Source of the DNA: Actinomycetota bacterium
Lineage (GTDB): Bacteria; Actinomycetota; CADDZG01; JAHWKV01
Direction of reading: 5' to 3'
Length of the DNA stretch: 64,000 bases
Assembly: GCA_019347715.1 (NCBI GenBank)
Contig: JAHWKU010000010.1
Coordinates: 10,805-74,804 of the forward strand
Made by a program: the position numbers and the translations under genes. Shown piece by piece: positions 34,778 through 45,178 of the stretch. How positions within the stretch are numbered: the stretch's first letter is position 1; every line of letters begins with the position of its first letter. Under the pieces are notes generated by a model that ran no database searches, was not told the origin of the DNA, and was given only the letters and a program-made list of their open reading frames with translations.

Positions 34778-35631
34778 CCCGCTTGCGAGAGTAAAAAATC
34801 CGCCACCCTCCTAGGCCCCTTCCCATCAAAAAGACGAATCGCACGATCGCCCAATCGCCTACGAGCATCCTCGTCATCCAGGAGGGCTAGCGTATGATCG
34901 ATCGTCGCTGAAGGGGAGCTTCTGACAATGCATCCTAATCGTGCACAGTGGTCGACAGCTCGCGCCTGATTCTTATGTAGATCGAAAGCGACGGTAGGCC
35001 GGCCTAGAGTGAGCGCCTCGATCATGGTTACCCCTCCGGCGGTGATAACTAGGTCCGAGTGAGAGAGCCATTTCGCTAGACCTTGATCTGTATTGACGAT
35101 TTCCAATTTTGGGAGCAAGAAGCTTGATTCATCCCTGGTGGCTAAGAGCACCCTCAGTTCTGGGGCGCATTCGACTAACTGTCCCGCAATTGCCATACCC
35201 AAGCCGTTATCGGGACCGCCTCCGGTTGCCACCAGAACATTCTTTACATGACTTCCGATGGAGCGTCGCTTCATCAAGGCTAGTTGGGGATCGACAAGGC
35301 TAAACCCCGATCCCCGCAGGATTGAGGGGGATCCCCGAGAGACAATGGTGAGCCCTTCATCAGTTGGTGTCGGATCGACAACGACTTCCACATCAAGACT
35401 GCGTTCCAGATCATCGATCACGCAAGTAATCCTGCTAGCGGGATAGTCGCCGCGTGAGACTGGTCCATAGGTATCGAGCACGATAATCTCTGCCGCAGTT
35501 TGTGTTCCGACCTCGGCGAGATCTATCTCGACTTCCAATGAGGTGAACCCTGCACCCAAGGCCTTCATTCGACTCTGATGACCAAGTCCGGTGGTGGGTC
35601 CGGAGTCGAAGCGAAGGGAAACCCGAGTCAT
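34774..35631 (-). CDS. pseG: UDP-2,4-diacetamido-2,4,6-trideoxy-beta-L-altropyranose hydrolase-like (PseG family, GT28-like)
   Basis: 285 aa. RFDSGPTTGLGHQSRMKALGAGF is the PseG N-terminal Gly-loop. C-terminal GGVTMIEALTLGRPTVAF is typical of GT28 C-domains. ATGA overlaps on both sides. Confidence 0.7.
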   Translation of the reverse strand: MTRVSLRFDSGPTTGLGHQSRMKALGAGFTSLEVEIDLAEVGTQTAAEIIVLDTYGPVSRGDYPASRITCVIDDLERSLDVEVVVDPTPTDEGLTIVSRGSPSILRGSGFSLVDPQLALMKRRSIGSHVKNVLVATGGGPDNGLGMAIAGQLVECAPELRVLLATRDESSFLLPKLEIVNTDQGLAKWLSHSDLVITAGGVTMIEALTLGRPTVAFDLHKNQARAVDHCARLGCIVRSSPSATIDHTLALLDDEDARRRLGDRAIRLFDGKGPRRVADFLLSQAG

Positions 35632-36674
35632 ACCATCTCCCAGGTGATCACTTCGTCCTCTTCGATGTCTCGCTTTGCCCGTCGTCCAACGATGGCGTCG
35701 ATGAAGCGAGGTTTGATCCCGAAGCCTGGCCGCTTGACCGTCAACATGGTCCGGGTTATCGGTGTTCCGGCAGCGATGGTCGCTGCCGCGACGACCGAGC
35801 GCCGCGCCTTCGTATACATCTCCTTCGCCTCTTCCGTGGTAGGACCTGACTTAAGTCCGTCTCCGATGGCCGCCTCAACGTCGTGTATTTGCTGAACGAG
35901 TTCCTTCAGCTGGTGAGGCTCAATGGCGAAGGGATGATCGGGGCCAGGATGGCTTCGGTCGAGCGTGAAGTGCTTCTCGATTATGTGCGCGCCCCTCGCC
36001 GCAGCGGCTACGGGGATATGGGTTCCCAGGCTGTGATCGGAGAGACCCACCGGAACTTTGAATGCAGTCTTCAATGTGTCCATGGCGGCAAGGTTCATGA
36101 TGGAAGCTGGGGCAGGATAGAGGGAGGCACATTGGAGAAGACAAATTTCAGTTGCACCACCTTGTCTGGCTGCATCCATCGCTTCCTCGATCTCGGCGAG
36201 AGTCGCCATCCCGGTCGACAGGATTACCGGCCGAGCCTTCGAGCCAACGTATTCGATGAAAGGCAGGTCCACGATTTCGAAAGAAGCGATCTTAAAGACC
36301 GCAACGCCGAGGGCATCCAGCTCATCAACGGCTTGAAGATCGAACGGACTAGAAAGGAACTCGATGCCAGCTTGGCGTGAGTGATCGGCGAGGAGACTCT
36401 GCCACTCGCGGGGGAGCGAGATATCCTCGAGAAGTTCGTGAGGTTTCTTGGATGAGATGCCCGAAAGGTAGTCGAACTGCGGCGCCTTCGTCGAGTAAAG
36501 GGTCCTACCTGAATAAGTTTGAAACTTGATGGCATCAGCCCCGGCGTCTGCTGCCTCATCGATCAGGCGTTTACTGGTATCCAGGTCCCGGTTGTGGTTG
36601 GATCCCGCCTCCGCAATCACGTAACACGGGTGCCCCTGACCGACCGTCTTCTTCCCGAGCCGGACCGTTGTCAT
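35628..36674 (-). CDS. pseI: pseudaminic acid synthase (NeuB family)
   Basis: 348 aa. CYVIAEAGSNHNRDLDTSKRLIDEAADAGADAIKFQTY, plus the C-terminal SAF/antifreeze-like domain. Sits in a pseB-pseC context. Confidence 0.85.
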   Translation of the reverse strand: MTTVRLGKKTVGQGHPCYVIAEAGSNHNRDLDTSKRLIDEAADAGADAIKFQTYSGRTLYSTKAPQFDYLSGISSKKPHELLEDISLPREWQSLLADHSRQAGIEFLSSPFDLQAVDELDALGVAVFKIASFEIVDLPFIEYVGSKARPVILSTGMATLAEIEEAMDAARQGGATEICLLQCASLYPAPASIMNLAAMDTLKTAFKVPVGLSDHSLGTHIPVAAAARGAHIIEKHFTLDRSHPGPDHPFAIEPHQLKELVQQIHDVEAAIGDGLKSGPTTEEAKEMYTKARRSVVAAATIAAGTPITRTMLTVKRPGFGIKPRFIDAIVGRRAKRDIEEDEVITWEMV

Positions 36675-37747
36675 TTCAGGAGCGATATTAGAGCGTCCCC
36701 GACGTAACGCTGTTGTTCGTCGGTCATGTCGGGGAAAAGAGGCAGAGAAAGCAGTCGAGCGTAGGCAGCCTCCGTGTGAGGGAATCGCGAGGGATCGTTG
36801 CCCTCTCTATATAAAGGATGTCGATAGATCGGGATGTAGTGAACCTGGGCACCGATTCCCTTATTGCGGAGACCGTCGTACACCTCCCTGCGATGCGGAG
36901 CCTGTACCGGGTAAAGATGGCGTGCATGAACCCACCCCGCCTGTGCGCCCGGTGGGAGAACAAGTCCAGTTCCGGAAAGGAGATCGCGGTACTTTTCAGC
37001 TAGGTGGTTTCGTCTCGCTACGAACGAGTCCGCTCTCTTAAGCTGATTTGTCCCGAGGGCGGCCTGCAAGTCGGTGATCCGCATGTTGAACCCAGCGGTT
37101 GCCACTTCGTAAAACCAGCCGCCTTCCTCGGGTTTGCGAACGATCCCGTGGTTTCTGAATCGTCGGAGACCCTCGGCGAACTCTTCGGAGTTGGTCGTTA
37201 CCGCGCCGCCTTCACCAGTTGTAATGGTCTTTACAGGATGGAATGAGAAGACGCACATGTGTGAGTGAGCACAGTTTCCTACTGGGCCGTCGGGAGTAAT
37301 GGCACCAAGGGCATGCGCGGCATCCTCAATTATCACTCTGGGCTGGAACTGTAAACGGCTAAGGTCGAGCGGCAGGCCGGCAAAGTGGACGGCAATGAGG
37401 CCGTCGCATTCGGGCAGTGTGCCCGGGTCGAGATTAAGGGTCTTCGGATCGATGTCGGCGAAATTGACAGAGGCGCCAACGTAGCGGCCGCAGTTGGCAG
37501 AGGCTACGAAACTGAGGGGCGAGGTGATGACTGTGTCTCCGGGCCCCAGGCCCGCCACGGCCGCCGCGGCATGCAGCGCAGCGGTGCCATTTGCAAAGGC
37601 GACGGCAAACTTCGCTTGAGTATATGACGCCAGAGAGTTTTCGAATTCCTCGATGTGAGGGCCCTGAGTGAGCCACTCTCCCCGTAGAACGTTTGTTACT
37701 GCCTCGAGATCCGTCTCATCGATCGATTGATGGCTGTAAGGGATCAC
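36671..37747 (-). CDS. pseC: UDP-4-amino-4,6-dideoxy-N-acetyl-beta-L-altrosamine transaminase (DegT/DnrJ/EryC1 family)
   Basis: Track ORF 36671..37783. GTG at 37747 (VIPYSHQSIDETDLEAV..., a typical PseC N-terminus) forms a GTGA overlap with the pseB stop. PLP-aminotransferase fold. Confidence 0.85.
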   Translation of the reverse strand: MIPYSHQSIDETDLEAVTNVLRGEWLTQGPHIEEFENSLASYTQAKFAVAFANGTAALHAAAAVAGLGPGDTVITSPLSFVASANCGRYVGASVNFADIDPKTLNLDPGTLPECDGLIAVHFAGLPLDLSRLQFQPRVIIEDAAHALGAITPDGPVGNCAHSHMCVFSFHPVKTITTGEGGAVTTNSEEFAEGLRRFRNHGIVRKPEEGGWFYEVATAGFNMRITDLQAALGTNQLKRADSFVARRNHLAEKYRDLLSGTGLVLPPGAQAGWVHARHLYPVQAPHRREVYDGLRNKGIGAQVHYIPIYRHPLYREGNDPSRFPHTEAAYARLLSLPLFPDMTDEQQRYVGDALISLLK

Positions 37748-38718
37748 GGAAGAAGTTCTCGTAGCTCCTCTACGCCGAGCCACTGATCGTTATTATCGCT
37801 CGTATACGAGAACGTGTCCTCGAGAGGGCGGCTATCTGGCCACTTCTTGCCCCGTGCCCACCAAGGATGTTGTGGAAGTATCACGAACTTGTCTCCGATA
37901 TCGAGGGTATGACGAGACTCATCCGGAGTAAGAAGCATTTCATGGAGCTTCTCCCCGGGCCGTATCCCCGTGACCTTACGGGGCACTCCTGGGGCTATGG
38001 CCTCGGCGAGGTCTGTGACTCTGATGGATGGAATCTTTGGGACGAATATTTCTCCGCCATGCATTTCCTTGAACGCCTCAATGACGAGTTCCACGCCTTG
38101 TTTGAGGGTGATCCAAAACCGGGTCATTCGCTCGTCCGTTAGAGTGAGCAGACCTTCCCGTGACTGTCTCAAGAACAGGGGCACCACACTTCCTCGCGAA
38201 CCCACTACGTTTCCGTACCTTACGCAACTCATTCGGGTCTCAGAAGTTGACGCGTAGGCGTTTCCCTGGACCAAGATCTTTTCAGCGCAGAGCTTAGTGG
38301 CTCCGTATAGATTGACGGGGTTTACAGCCTTGTCGGTGGAGATGGCGACCACTCTTGGCACCCCCACATCGATTGCAGCTTCCGCGACGTGTTGTGCCCC
38401 CATGACGTTGGTCTGAATGGCCTCGAAAGGGTTGTACTCGCAGGCTGGAACTTGCTTCATCGCTGCCGCATGAACGATCAGGTCTACACCCTCTGCCGCC
38501 CTTTTGAGACGATACCTGTCCCGTACATCCCCCACTAGATAACGTACTCGTTGATCTCCATAGACTTCGCGTACCTCGGATTGCTTGAACTCATCACGAC
38601 TAAAAATCCGAATTACGGAATCTTCCGAGTGACTTAAACCGTAATCAATGAAGGCGCGTCCGAATGACCCGGTACCTCCGGTGAGAAGGATTGTCTTTTG
38701 ATCTAGGACACTAGCCAT
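37744..38718 (-). CDS. pseB: UDP-N-acetylglucosamine 4,6-dehydratase (inverting), FlaA1/CapD family
   Basis: 324 aa. KTILLTGGTGSFGRAF...VRYLVGDVRD...YGATKLCAEK, typical of PseB. Confidence 0.85.
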   Translation of the reverse strand: MASVLDQKTILLTGGTGSFGRAFIDYGLSHSEDSVIRIFSRDEFKQSEVREVYGDQRVRYLVGDVRDRYRLKRAAEGVDLIVHAAAMKQVPACEYNPFEAIQTNVMGAQHVAEAAIDVGVPRVVAISTDKAVNPVNLYGATKLCAEKILVQGNAYASTSETRMSCVRYGNVVGSRGSVVPLFLRQSREGLLTLTDERMTRFWITLKQGVELVIEAFKEMHGGEIFVPKIPSIRVTDLAEAIAPGVPRKVTGIRPGEKLHEMLLTPDESRHTLDIGDKFVILPQHPWWARGKKWPDSRPLEDTFSYTSDNNDQWLGVEELRELLP

Positions 38719-38831
38719 ATCGAACGCAGATTATTCCAGGTGGATTCAGCTGAGAAAACTGTTGCGTCTGCAGGGCCACGATAGCATTCTCCTTTTTGAA
38801 ACACGTTTGTCTCCGAGAGAAGGGGCAGTGA

Positions 38832-39551
38832 ATGAGGGCTTTTCGTGAGGTAGCAAAACGAGCGTTGGCTAAAGTCGTCTCCAAGGCCAGGGATGTTGCT
38901 AACGAGCAGAGCCCTGTTGCTCCTCAGCTCGCACTTCCTCCCTTAGATCTAACCAACGCTAGTCGACTGCTATACCACAAGCGGCTCTTTGACCTCATCA
39001 CCAATGTCGAGGGAGACATTGTCGAGTGTGGCGTCGGAATCGGCACGACACTACTCATGTGGGCCTCATTGATTCTCGACGAAGGAGGTAGCCGCCGACT
39101 TTGGGGATTTGATTCGTTCCAGGGCTTTCCGGAACCGGCTCCTGAGGACGAAAGCCCGCGTCAGTGGAAGAAGGGAGAGTGGGCCTACGCCACCGCGAAG
39201 GATATTCAAGACCTATTGATTGCTGCCAGATGCAGTGCGGAGTGGGTACGGGCCAAAGTGACTCTAGTCCCCGGATACCTCGAAGAGACACTCCCGGGAT
39301 ATACGGGCGACCGCATTGCCTTGCTGCATTTAGATGTGGACCTCTACGAATCTTATGCCGTATGTCTAAAAACGCTTTATCAATCGGTTATGCCCCGAGG
39401 CATCATTTGTTTCGACGAGTACAGAGGCACTTTTGAGGCCCTCAGTGCTCCTGGAGCTTCCCAGGCAATCGATGAATTCCTTCGTGACCAGGGTCTGTCC
39501 ATTCAACGGGACCCATCCTTCGGCAAGTATTACGTTGTAAAGCCCGCCTGA
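38832..39551 (+). CDS. TylF/MycF-family SAM-dependent O-methyltransferase
   Basis: 239 aa. IVECGVGIGTT (SAM site), WGFDSFQGFPE and LLHLDVDLYESY (metal-binding Asp cluster) are characteristic of macrocin-O-methyltransferase-like sugar O-MTs. Confidence 0.8.
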   Translation: MRAFREVAKRALAKVVSKARDVANEQSPVAPQLALPPLDLTNASRLLYHKRLFDLITNVEGDIVECGVGIGTTLLMWASLILDEGGSRRLWGFDSFQGFPEPAPEDESPRQWKKGEWAYATAKDIQDLLIAARCSAEWVRAKVTLVPGYLEETLPGYTGDRIALLHLDVDLYESYAVCLKTLYQSVMPRGIICFDEYRGTFEALSAPGASQAIDEFLRDQGLSIQRDPSFGKYYVVKPA

Positions 39552-39779
39552 TCTTTCAGATCCTCCCCACCGCTTTCTCAGGCATCCATCCATGATCGGC
39601 ACGGTGGAAAGATAGAACAAGCCGCGTTCCCCTGATGCGAACGGAGAGCATTTCCTAGCTCGGGAGTGAGTTGCCTGTCGACAGGGTGCGACCTTGATCT
39701 CGTCGAGACGAAGCTCTTAAGCGGTGGTTCCTCCTTCGAGGCGGAATCGGTTGGTGAGTCGATTGTAAAGTAGCCGGGC

Positions 39780-41237
39780 ATGCCGAAGAGAGTGGCACTA
39801 GTCGTGGACAATCCTAACCGGGATCTGCCCGGCCTTGTCTTGCTGGGACGGTATCTATGCTCTCAGGACTTGACTTGTTACCTGGTTCCAATGAATCTCC
39901 AAAATCTCGAACTGTTGGCCTTGGCCCCTGATTTCGTGGTATTCAATTATCTGCGTAGCAATAATGAGGATCATGTAAGGCGCTTACACCGCGCGAATAT
40001 CTCCTATGGATGCCTTGACACAGAGGGGGGGGTAGTCTCAAAGGAGATATTCCAAGCAGTTGCTCCCAAGAGCCGCGATGTGTTGGCTGATGCATCCTTC
40101 TATGCCGCTTGGGGCCCAGCCAGTGCAGATATGGTGCAGAAGGCGGGGCTGTACTCCTCGGACCAAGTGGCCATAACTGGAAACCCTCGTTTTGACTTTT
40201 ACGTAGACCCTTGGAAGAAACCAGCGCTGGAAACATCCGATTATGCGGAATTCTTCCAAGGGAAGTCCATCCTCTTTAATGGAACGTTCCCTCTTGCAAA
40301 TCCTGGCTTCAGTACGCCTACTCGAGAAGTCGAGATGTACGTTCGGCAATTCGGGATGGATCGAGAATTGATCGAATCAACTCAGCAGCAGCAGGCTGCC
40401 GTGCTGGGGAAGTTTTCCTCACTGGCTCAAGAAGTAGCTACCCACATCCCAGAAGCGAAGGTTGTATATCGGCCCCATCCGTTCGAGCGACTTGAGACTT
40501 ACACGGATAAATTCAGGGCTCCAAATTTGAGAGCCGCGCTGCAAGGAACAGTCGATGGGTGGATATTGAGAGCTGATGCGCTCGTCCACTTCAATTGCTC
40601 TACCGCGATCGAGGCCGGGATGGCGGGAGTCCCCGCTTTCATTCCTACGTGGCTGACGGATCTGGTTCAATCGTCGTTACTGCGACCCATCCCGGAAATT
40701 GAAAATGTAAGCGTTGGTTGCGATTCACCAAGAGACTTGAAGGCAGTACTGCGGGAGGCATTAGAGCAAGACTTTGAAATTCCAGCGAGGGTAGGTGCTG
40801 CTATGGAGAGGATTGTGGCTGACTGGTACTTCGCTCTCGACGGATCCTCTCACGAGCGCGTCGGAAGTCTCATCCTTGAACACGCCGAGTCGACCAAAGG
40901 AGCTGACCGAGCTCAATGCTCTCGGCTGATTAGGAGTATTGGCAATGCAAGAGGGATCAAGGGCAGAACTGCGCGTTTCGCTCGAACGGTCCTGGGGGCG
41001 GAGCTCTACTCAACTCTTCGGAAGCGGTTACCAGGAGGATCTATTGGCGCCTGGGAACTCTCCGGCAAACACTTTTCCGTCCAAGACGTGCGAAAGATAT
41101 TGACGGCGATTGACCCGTCTCAAGGTGTCTCTGCGGAAAGCGCACAGGTTCGGGGGGAGTATAGCGAACCCTTGATCTCTGGCTCTTCGATTACCCTTTT
41201 TCCTTCGCACGATCGAGCAACATTAGGTCGAACGTGA
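39780..41237 (+). CDS. GT-B superfamily transferase, TagF/KpsS-like (paralog A); candidate polyol-phosphate or nonulosonic-acid transferase
   Basis: 485 aa. Motif ITGNPRFDFYVD and C-terminal ...HFNCSTAIEAGMAGVPAFI resemble the GYPRxD and SS..FD.....KPII blocks of CDP-glycerol glycerophosphotransferase/capsule-synthesis families. Paralogous to 43676..45178. Confidence 0.5.
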   Translation: MPKRVALVVDNPNRDLPGLVLLGRYLCSQDLTCYLVPMNLQNLELLALAPDFVVFNYLRSNNEDHVRRLHRANISYGCLDTEGGVVSKEIFQAVAPKSRDVLADASFYAAWGPASADMVQKAGLYSSDQVAITGNPRFDFYVDPWKKPALETSDYAEFFQGKSILFNGTFPLANPGFSTPTREVEMYVRQFGMDRELIESTQQQQAAVLGKFSSLAQEVATHIPEAKVVYRPHPFERLETYTDKFRAPNLRAALQGTVDGWILRADALVHFNCSTAIEAGMAGVPAFIPTWLTDLVQSSLLRPIPEIENVSVGCDSPRDLKAVLREALEQDFEIPARVGAAMERIVADWYFALDGSSHERVGSLILEHAESTKGADRAQCSRLIRSIGNARGIKGRTARFARTVLGAELYSTLRKRLPGGSIGAWELSGKHFSVQDVRKILTAIDPSQGVSAESAQVRGEYSEPLISGSSITLFPSHDRATLGRT

Positions 41238-41282
41238 TGATTGCTGAGGAGCCATGGCTTTTGGAGGTTGGAAGGTAGTTCG

Positions 41283-42137
41283 ATGAAACAGTCTTCCCCA
41301 GAGGGCGTGATCTATACGCCGGAGTCACAACTGCGGTCGCCAGGCCGATTGATCGGAACGATGGGCCGGGATCTCATTGCTTCGCGGGAGTTGGCGTGGC
41401 GGCTAGTTGTCCGCGATTTGCGGGCCAGATATCGCCAGACGGCATTTGGATTTCTCTGGGCATTCCTGCCTGTCCTTACCGCGCTTGTATTCCAGTTGCT
41501 GAACCAATCTCAAGTCTTTGAGGTACGAGACACGCGAATTCCGTATCCGCTGTTTGTGATGTTTGGAACCATTCTCTGGCAGACCTTCGTTGACAGCCTC
41601 AACGCACCGATCCGAGCGTTGACAAAAAACAAGTCCATGCTCGCGAAGGTCAACTTTCCCCGCGAAGCTCTGATTCTTGGGGCCGTGGGGGAGGTTCTAT
41701 TTGATCTTGGGATTCGAGCAGTGCTGCTGGTGGGTTTCACGGTCTGGTATGGCGTGGAACCCCAGCTCGGGATGGTTCTTGCACCATTCGCCGCTCTGCT
41801 TCTTGTTCTGCTTGGAATGATGATCGGTCTTTTCCTTGCCCCATTCGCGCTTCTCTATGAAGATGTCACCCTGGCTCTTCCGCCAATCATGACGGTGTGG
41901 ATGTTCTTAACGCCCGTCGTCTTTCCTGTTCCTGCCAGTGGACTACTCAGTCGAGTCATGCATTTGAACCCCGCCACGTCGATTCTTGCAGGCGTCCGAG
42001 ATCTTGCTACCACCGGTGGCATGCCTGGCCTCTCATCTTTCCTTGTGGTGTCTGGGACGACATTTGTAGCTTTGATGGGGGTCTGGGTGATCTACAGACT
42101 TTCCATTCCTATTCTCATTGAACGGATAACCGCATGA
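41283..42137 (+). CDS. wzm: ABC-2 type polysaccharide exporter permease (Wzm/KpsM/TagG family)
   Basis: Track ORF 41241..42137. ATG at 41283 with GGAGG/GGAAGG upstream. 6 TM helices. RARYRQTAFGFLWAFLPVLTAL matches the ABC-2 signature region. Confidence 0.85.
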   Translation: MKQSSPEGVIYTPESQLRSPGRLIGTMGRDLIASRELAWRLVVRDLRARYRQTAFGFLWAFLPVLTALVFQLLNQSQVFEVRDTRIPYPLFVMFGTILWQTFVDSLNAPIRALTKNKSMLAKVNFPREALILGAVGEVLFDLGIRAVLLVGFTVWYGVEPQLGMVLAPFAALLLVLLGMMIGLFLAPFALLYEDVTLALPPIMTVWMFLTPVVFPVPASGLLSRVMHLNPATSILAGVRDLATTGGMPGLSSFLVVSGTTFVALMGVWVIYRLSIPILIERITA

Positions 42138-43462
42138 GCGACCCTGTTATCCGAGTAGAGGGCTTGTCCAAGAAGTTCTGCAATCGTCTCCGCCGCGCCC
42201 TATGGTACGGCGTCAAGGACCTAGGCTCCGAGCTCTTGCTTCGCCGAAGGCCCCGGGACCAACTGAGGCGTGACGAGTTTTGGGCCTTGAAAGATGTTTC
42301 GTTCGAAGTATCTCCTCAGGAAACCTTTGGGCTTATTGGACACAACGGAGCAGGGAAGAGCACCCTTCTTAAACTCATGAATGGATTAATTCGGCCCGAT
42401 ACGGGTTCAATCATGGTTCGAGGGCGGGTGGGGGCGTTAATTGAGTTGGGATTGGGGTTCAACCCGGTTCTGACAGGGCGCGAGAACATTCAAGTGAATG
42501 CGGCAGTCCTCGGCTTCAAGAAATCAGATATAAAACGGAAAATGCAACAAATCATCGACTTCGCTGAGATTGGGGACTTCATCGATGCCCCAGTTCAAAG
42601 CTTTAGCTCGGGGATGAAGGTCCGACTGGGGTTCGCGATTGCCGCTCATCTAGACCCTGATGTCCTTCTCGTTGACGAAATACTAAGTGTGGGGGATTCA
42701 TCTTTTCGGGATCGCTGCGTCAGCCGGCTGAACAACTTTAAGGAAGAGGGTGGCACGATAGTTTTCGTCTCCCATAATTCGCTCGCTGTTGAAGCTATCT
42801 GTGATCGAGTACTCCTGCTGGATCACGGACAGGTAGTTGAGGTTGGAGACCCGAGTGCCGTGGTTGAGAGATATGAGACGGATTCCAGGCAGAAGTCTTT
42901 CATCGCCGGGCAGTCGCTTCGATTAAGTCCCCAGCCTTCCAGTGATGAAAGTGTGATTGAAATCGTTTCGTGCGAACTGCAAGACAGCGAAGCCCAACTA
43001 CGAAATGAGTTCAACATCGGCGAGACCATCGAGATTCGGCTGTCCTATCATGCAAGAGAGGAAATTAAGCGCCCCTATTTCGATGTAGCGTTATACCGCG
43101 ACAATTGGCCTGCAGATCCCATCAGTTACATGAGCACTCTGGAGGAAGGATTTGAGATCGAATCCGTCTTGGGATCTGGTTCCTTCAGCTGCCTGATCCA
43201 TAAACCAAACCTTGCTCCCGGCCCTTACCACTTGTCGGCAGGCGTAAGGAGGACCACCACCACCCAACTGGGGTCAAAGTGGTATGCCCCTCTGCGTCCG
43301 GTCGCGAAATTCAACGTCTCATCTTCCGATCTGCGTAACCGGATGAAGGGCCGAAGAGCAGCTAGTCTGACTAGGGCAGCACCTCTTCTTCTGGATCATC
43401 GTTGGTCATGGAATGATCGGGTCATGGCTGTTGGCGACTATGTGCCTGAGCACGACCATTAG
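42134..43462 (+). CDS. wzt: ABC polysaccharide exporter ATP-binding protein (Wzt/TagH/KpsT family) with C-terminal carbohydrate-binding domain
   Basis: 442 aa. Walker A GHNGAGKST, signature LSSGMKVRLGFA, Walker B LLVDE. About 190-aa beta-rich C-terminal extension as in O-antigen-terminus-binding Wzt proteins. ATGA coupling with wzm. Confidence 0.85.
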   Translation: MSDPVIRVEGLSKKFCNRLRRALWYGVKDLGSELLLRRRPRDQLRRDEFWALKDVSFEVSPQETFGLIGHNGAGKSTLLKLMNGLIRPDTGSIMVRGRVGALIELGLGFNPVLTGRENIQVNAAVLGFKKSDIKRKMQQIIDFAEIGDFIDAPVQSFSSGMKVRLGFAIAAHLDPDVLLVDEILSVGDSSFRDRCVSRLNNFKEEGGTIVFVSHNSLAVEAICDRVLLLDHGQVVEVGDPSAVVERYETDSRQKSFIAGQSLRLSPQPSSDESVIEIVSCELQDSEAQLRNEFNIGETIEIRLSYHAREEIKRPYFDVALYRDNWPADPISYMSTLEEGFEIESVLGSGSFSCLIHKPNLAPGPYHLSAGVRRTTTTQLGSKWYAPLRPVAKFNVSSSDLRNRMKGRRAASLTRAAPLLLDHRWSWNDRVMAVGDYVPEHDH

Positions 43463-43675
43463 ACCATCGAGCCATAGGCTGACTACTACAAGATTCGAAG
43501 AGTGTGCAGGCTGCTGAAGTCATATTCATTTACTGGGTATAGCCGGCGTCTGGGATCCCGCAAAGGCGCGATCAGCACTCGGCATCTGACGACGGCCCTT
43601 AAGTTAGAGCGCCATTAACCCACCGCTTATTAACCTTGGACCGATGGGAGTAAAGAGCGTGACCAAAGATGCTCG

Positions 43676-45178
43676 ATGGGACATTTTCACGAGGTTAGGG
43701 TTCATTATCCTCATCTACGAATGAGCTACCGACCAGATCCGCACATAGAAAGTAAAAAAGCCCTCCACAGCCTAACGGGACGAAGGCCTCGACTGGGTGT
43801 GATGTTGACTTCGACATTCGGTGTGCGAAACTTTCTCTATTCAGGTTTGCTTCACGAGCTTGCGCAACAAGCCGACCCAGTCATTCTGACTCCAGCAAAC
43901 TCGCCATTGTGGCGCGAGGAACGACTTGAGGGTATCGAGGTCGTAAGCTTCGCAGGAGATATCGCTTCGCCGCCATCCCAGTTGAGGGTGTGGACGAATG
44001 CCGCGTTCGCTAATCACTACAAGATCTCAAGCTGGAAACTCCACGAATCGTGGGTGCGTCGAAGAAAATTAAGCTCAGGCGAAAGAGTCAAATTCACACT
44101 TCATGATCTGATGTCGTTCGTACTTTCGGACGAGCGTATCTTACGGCGGGTAGACAAATTCGAACGAGCGAGATCAGCAAGATCTGCGGGAGCCCAGCGA
44201 GCGAATCGACATTTGCTCGAGCTAAGTCTGGATGGATTAGTTTCCGGCCTTTATATGCATCCAATCGAAAGACAGTATTTGTTGGGTGCGGCCACCGCAG
44301 GCCTCCCAACGACCTGCGTAGTTCCGTCCTTCGACAACCTTTGGGTTTGGATAACGCTTCCTACGGAATTTCGGCAGTACTTACTATGGAGTCATCGCAT
44401 GCTACGCGAACTGAACCTTCTATATCCAAACGTCGCTCCCGATCTGTGCCAAGTAACAGGGACACCTCAGTTCGACTTTCACGTTCGGCCTGAATTTGTC
44501 TGGTCGAGAGAGAAGACGGCAGAGCACTGGTCACTTCCCCCTCATCAGCGATGGATTTTGTATACGGGGAATACGTTTACGCATACGCCGACAGAACCGG
44601 AGCTTGTCGGAGAGATCGCGGCGGCGCTCAAAGGAAAGGCCTGGTTGGATGACGCCTCTCTCGTAGTCAGACCTCATCCGCTGGATAGATTCGACCGGTG
44701 GAGTGCCATAGCTGGAACTCATTCAAACATCCTTTTTCGTCCCCCCTGGCAGGCAGATGTTGAATGGCTGACTCCGACATTCGAGGAAGATCACATAGCT
44801 TGGGTAAATCTTGTCCGTCATTCGTCGGTTTGCATGAATATCGGGAGCAGCACAACGTTAGACGCTGCCGTGGTTGATACCCCAATTGTACTGATCAACT
44901 TCGCGGCAATGGGCCAACGGGAAGAGGCTATTTATTACAGACAGTTCAATCTGCAGAGAGAACACTATGCGTCGATAGCTCAAAGCCCGGGCGTTCGGGT
45001 CGCAAACTCCATGGAGGAAATGACAAAGCATCTCAGGGCCTACCTAAGAGACCCTGCACAGGATCAAAGAGCGCGGCGCGAACTCGCGGAGGAGATTTGT
45101 GGGCCGCTCGACGGCTTTTCTGCAGTGCGTGTCGCGAACGCATTAGCTCTGGGGCAATCCGTTGAGGGAAGACAATAG
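43676..45178 (+). CDS. GT-B superfamily transferase, TagF/KpsS-like (paralog B)
   Basis: 500 aa (start uncertain). VTGTPQFDFHVRPE and ...CMNIGSSTTLDAAVVDTPIVLINF parallel paralog A. Confidence 0.5.
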   Translation: MGHFHEVRVHYPHLRMSYRPDPHIESKKALHSLTGRRPRLGVMLTSTFGVRNFLYSGLLHELAQQADPVILTPANSPLWREERLEGIEVVSFAGDIASPPSQLRVWTNAAFANHYKISSWKLHESWVRRRKLSSGERVKFTLHDLMSFVLSDERILRRVDKFERARSARSAGAQRANRHLLELSLDGLVSGLYMHPIERQYLLGAATAGLPTTCVVPSFDNLWVWITLPTEFRQYLLWSHRMLRELNLLYPNVAPDLCQVTGTPQFDFHVRPEFVWSREKTAEHWSLPPHQRWILYTGNTFTHTPTEPELVGEIAAALKGKAWLDDASLVVRPHPLDRFDRWSAIAGTHSNILFRPPWQADVEWLTPTFEEDHIAWVNLVRHSSVCMNIGSSTTLDAAVVDTPIVLINFAAMGQREEAIYYRQFNLQREHYASIAQSPGVRVANSMEEMTKHLRAYLRDPAQDQRARRELAEEICGPLDGFSAVRVANALALGQSVEGRQ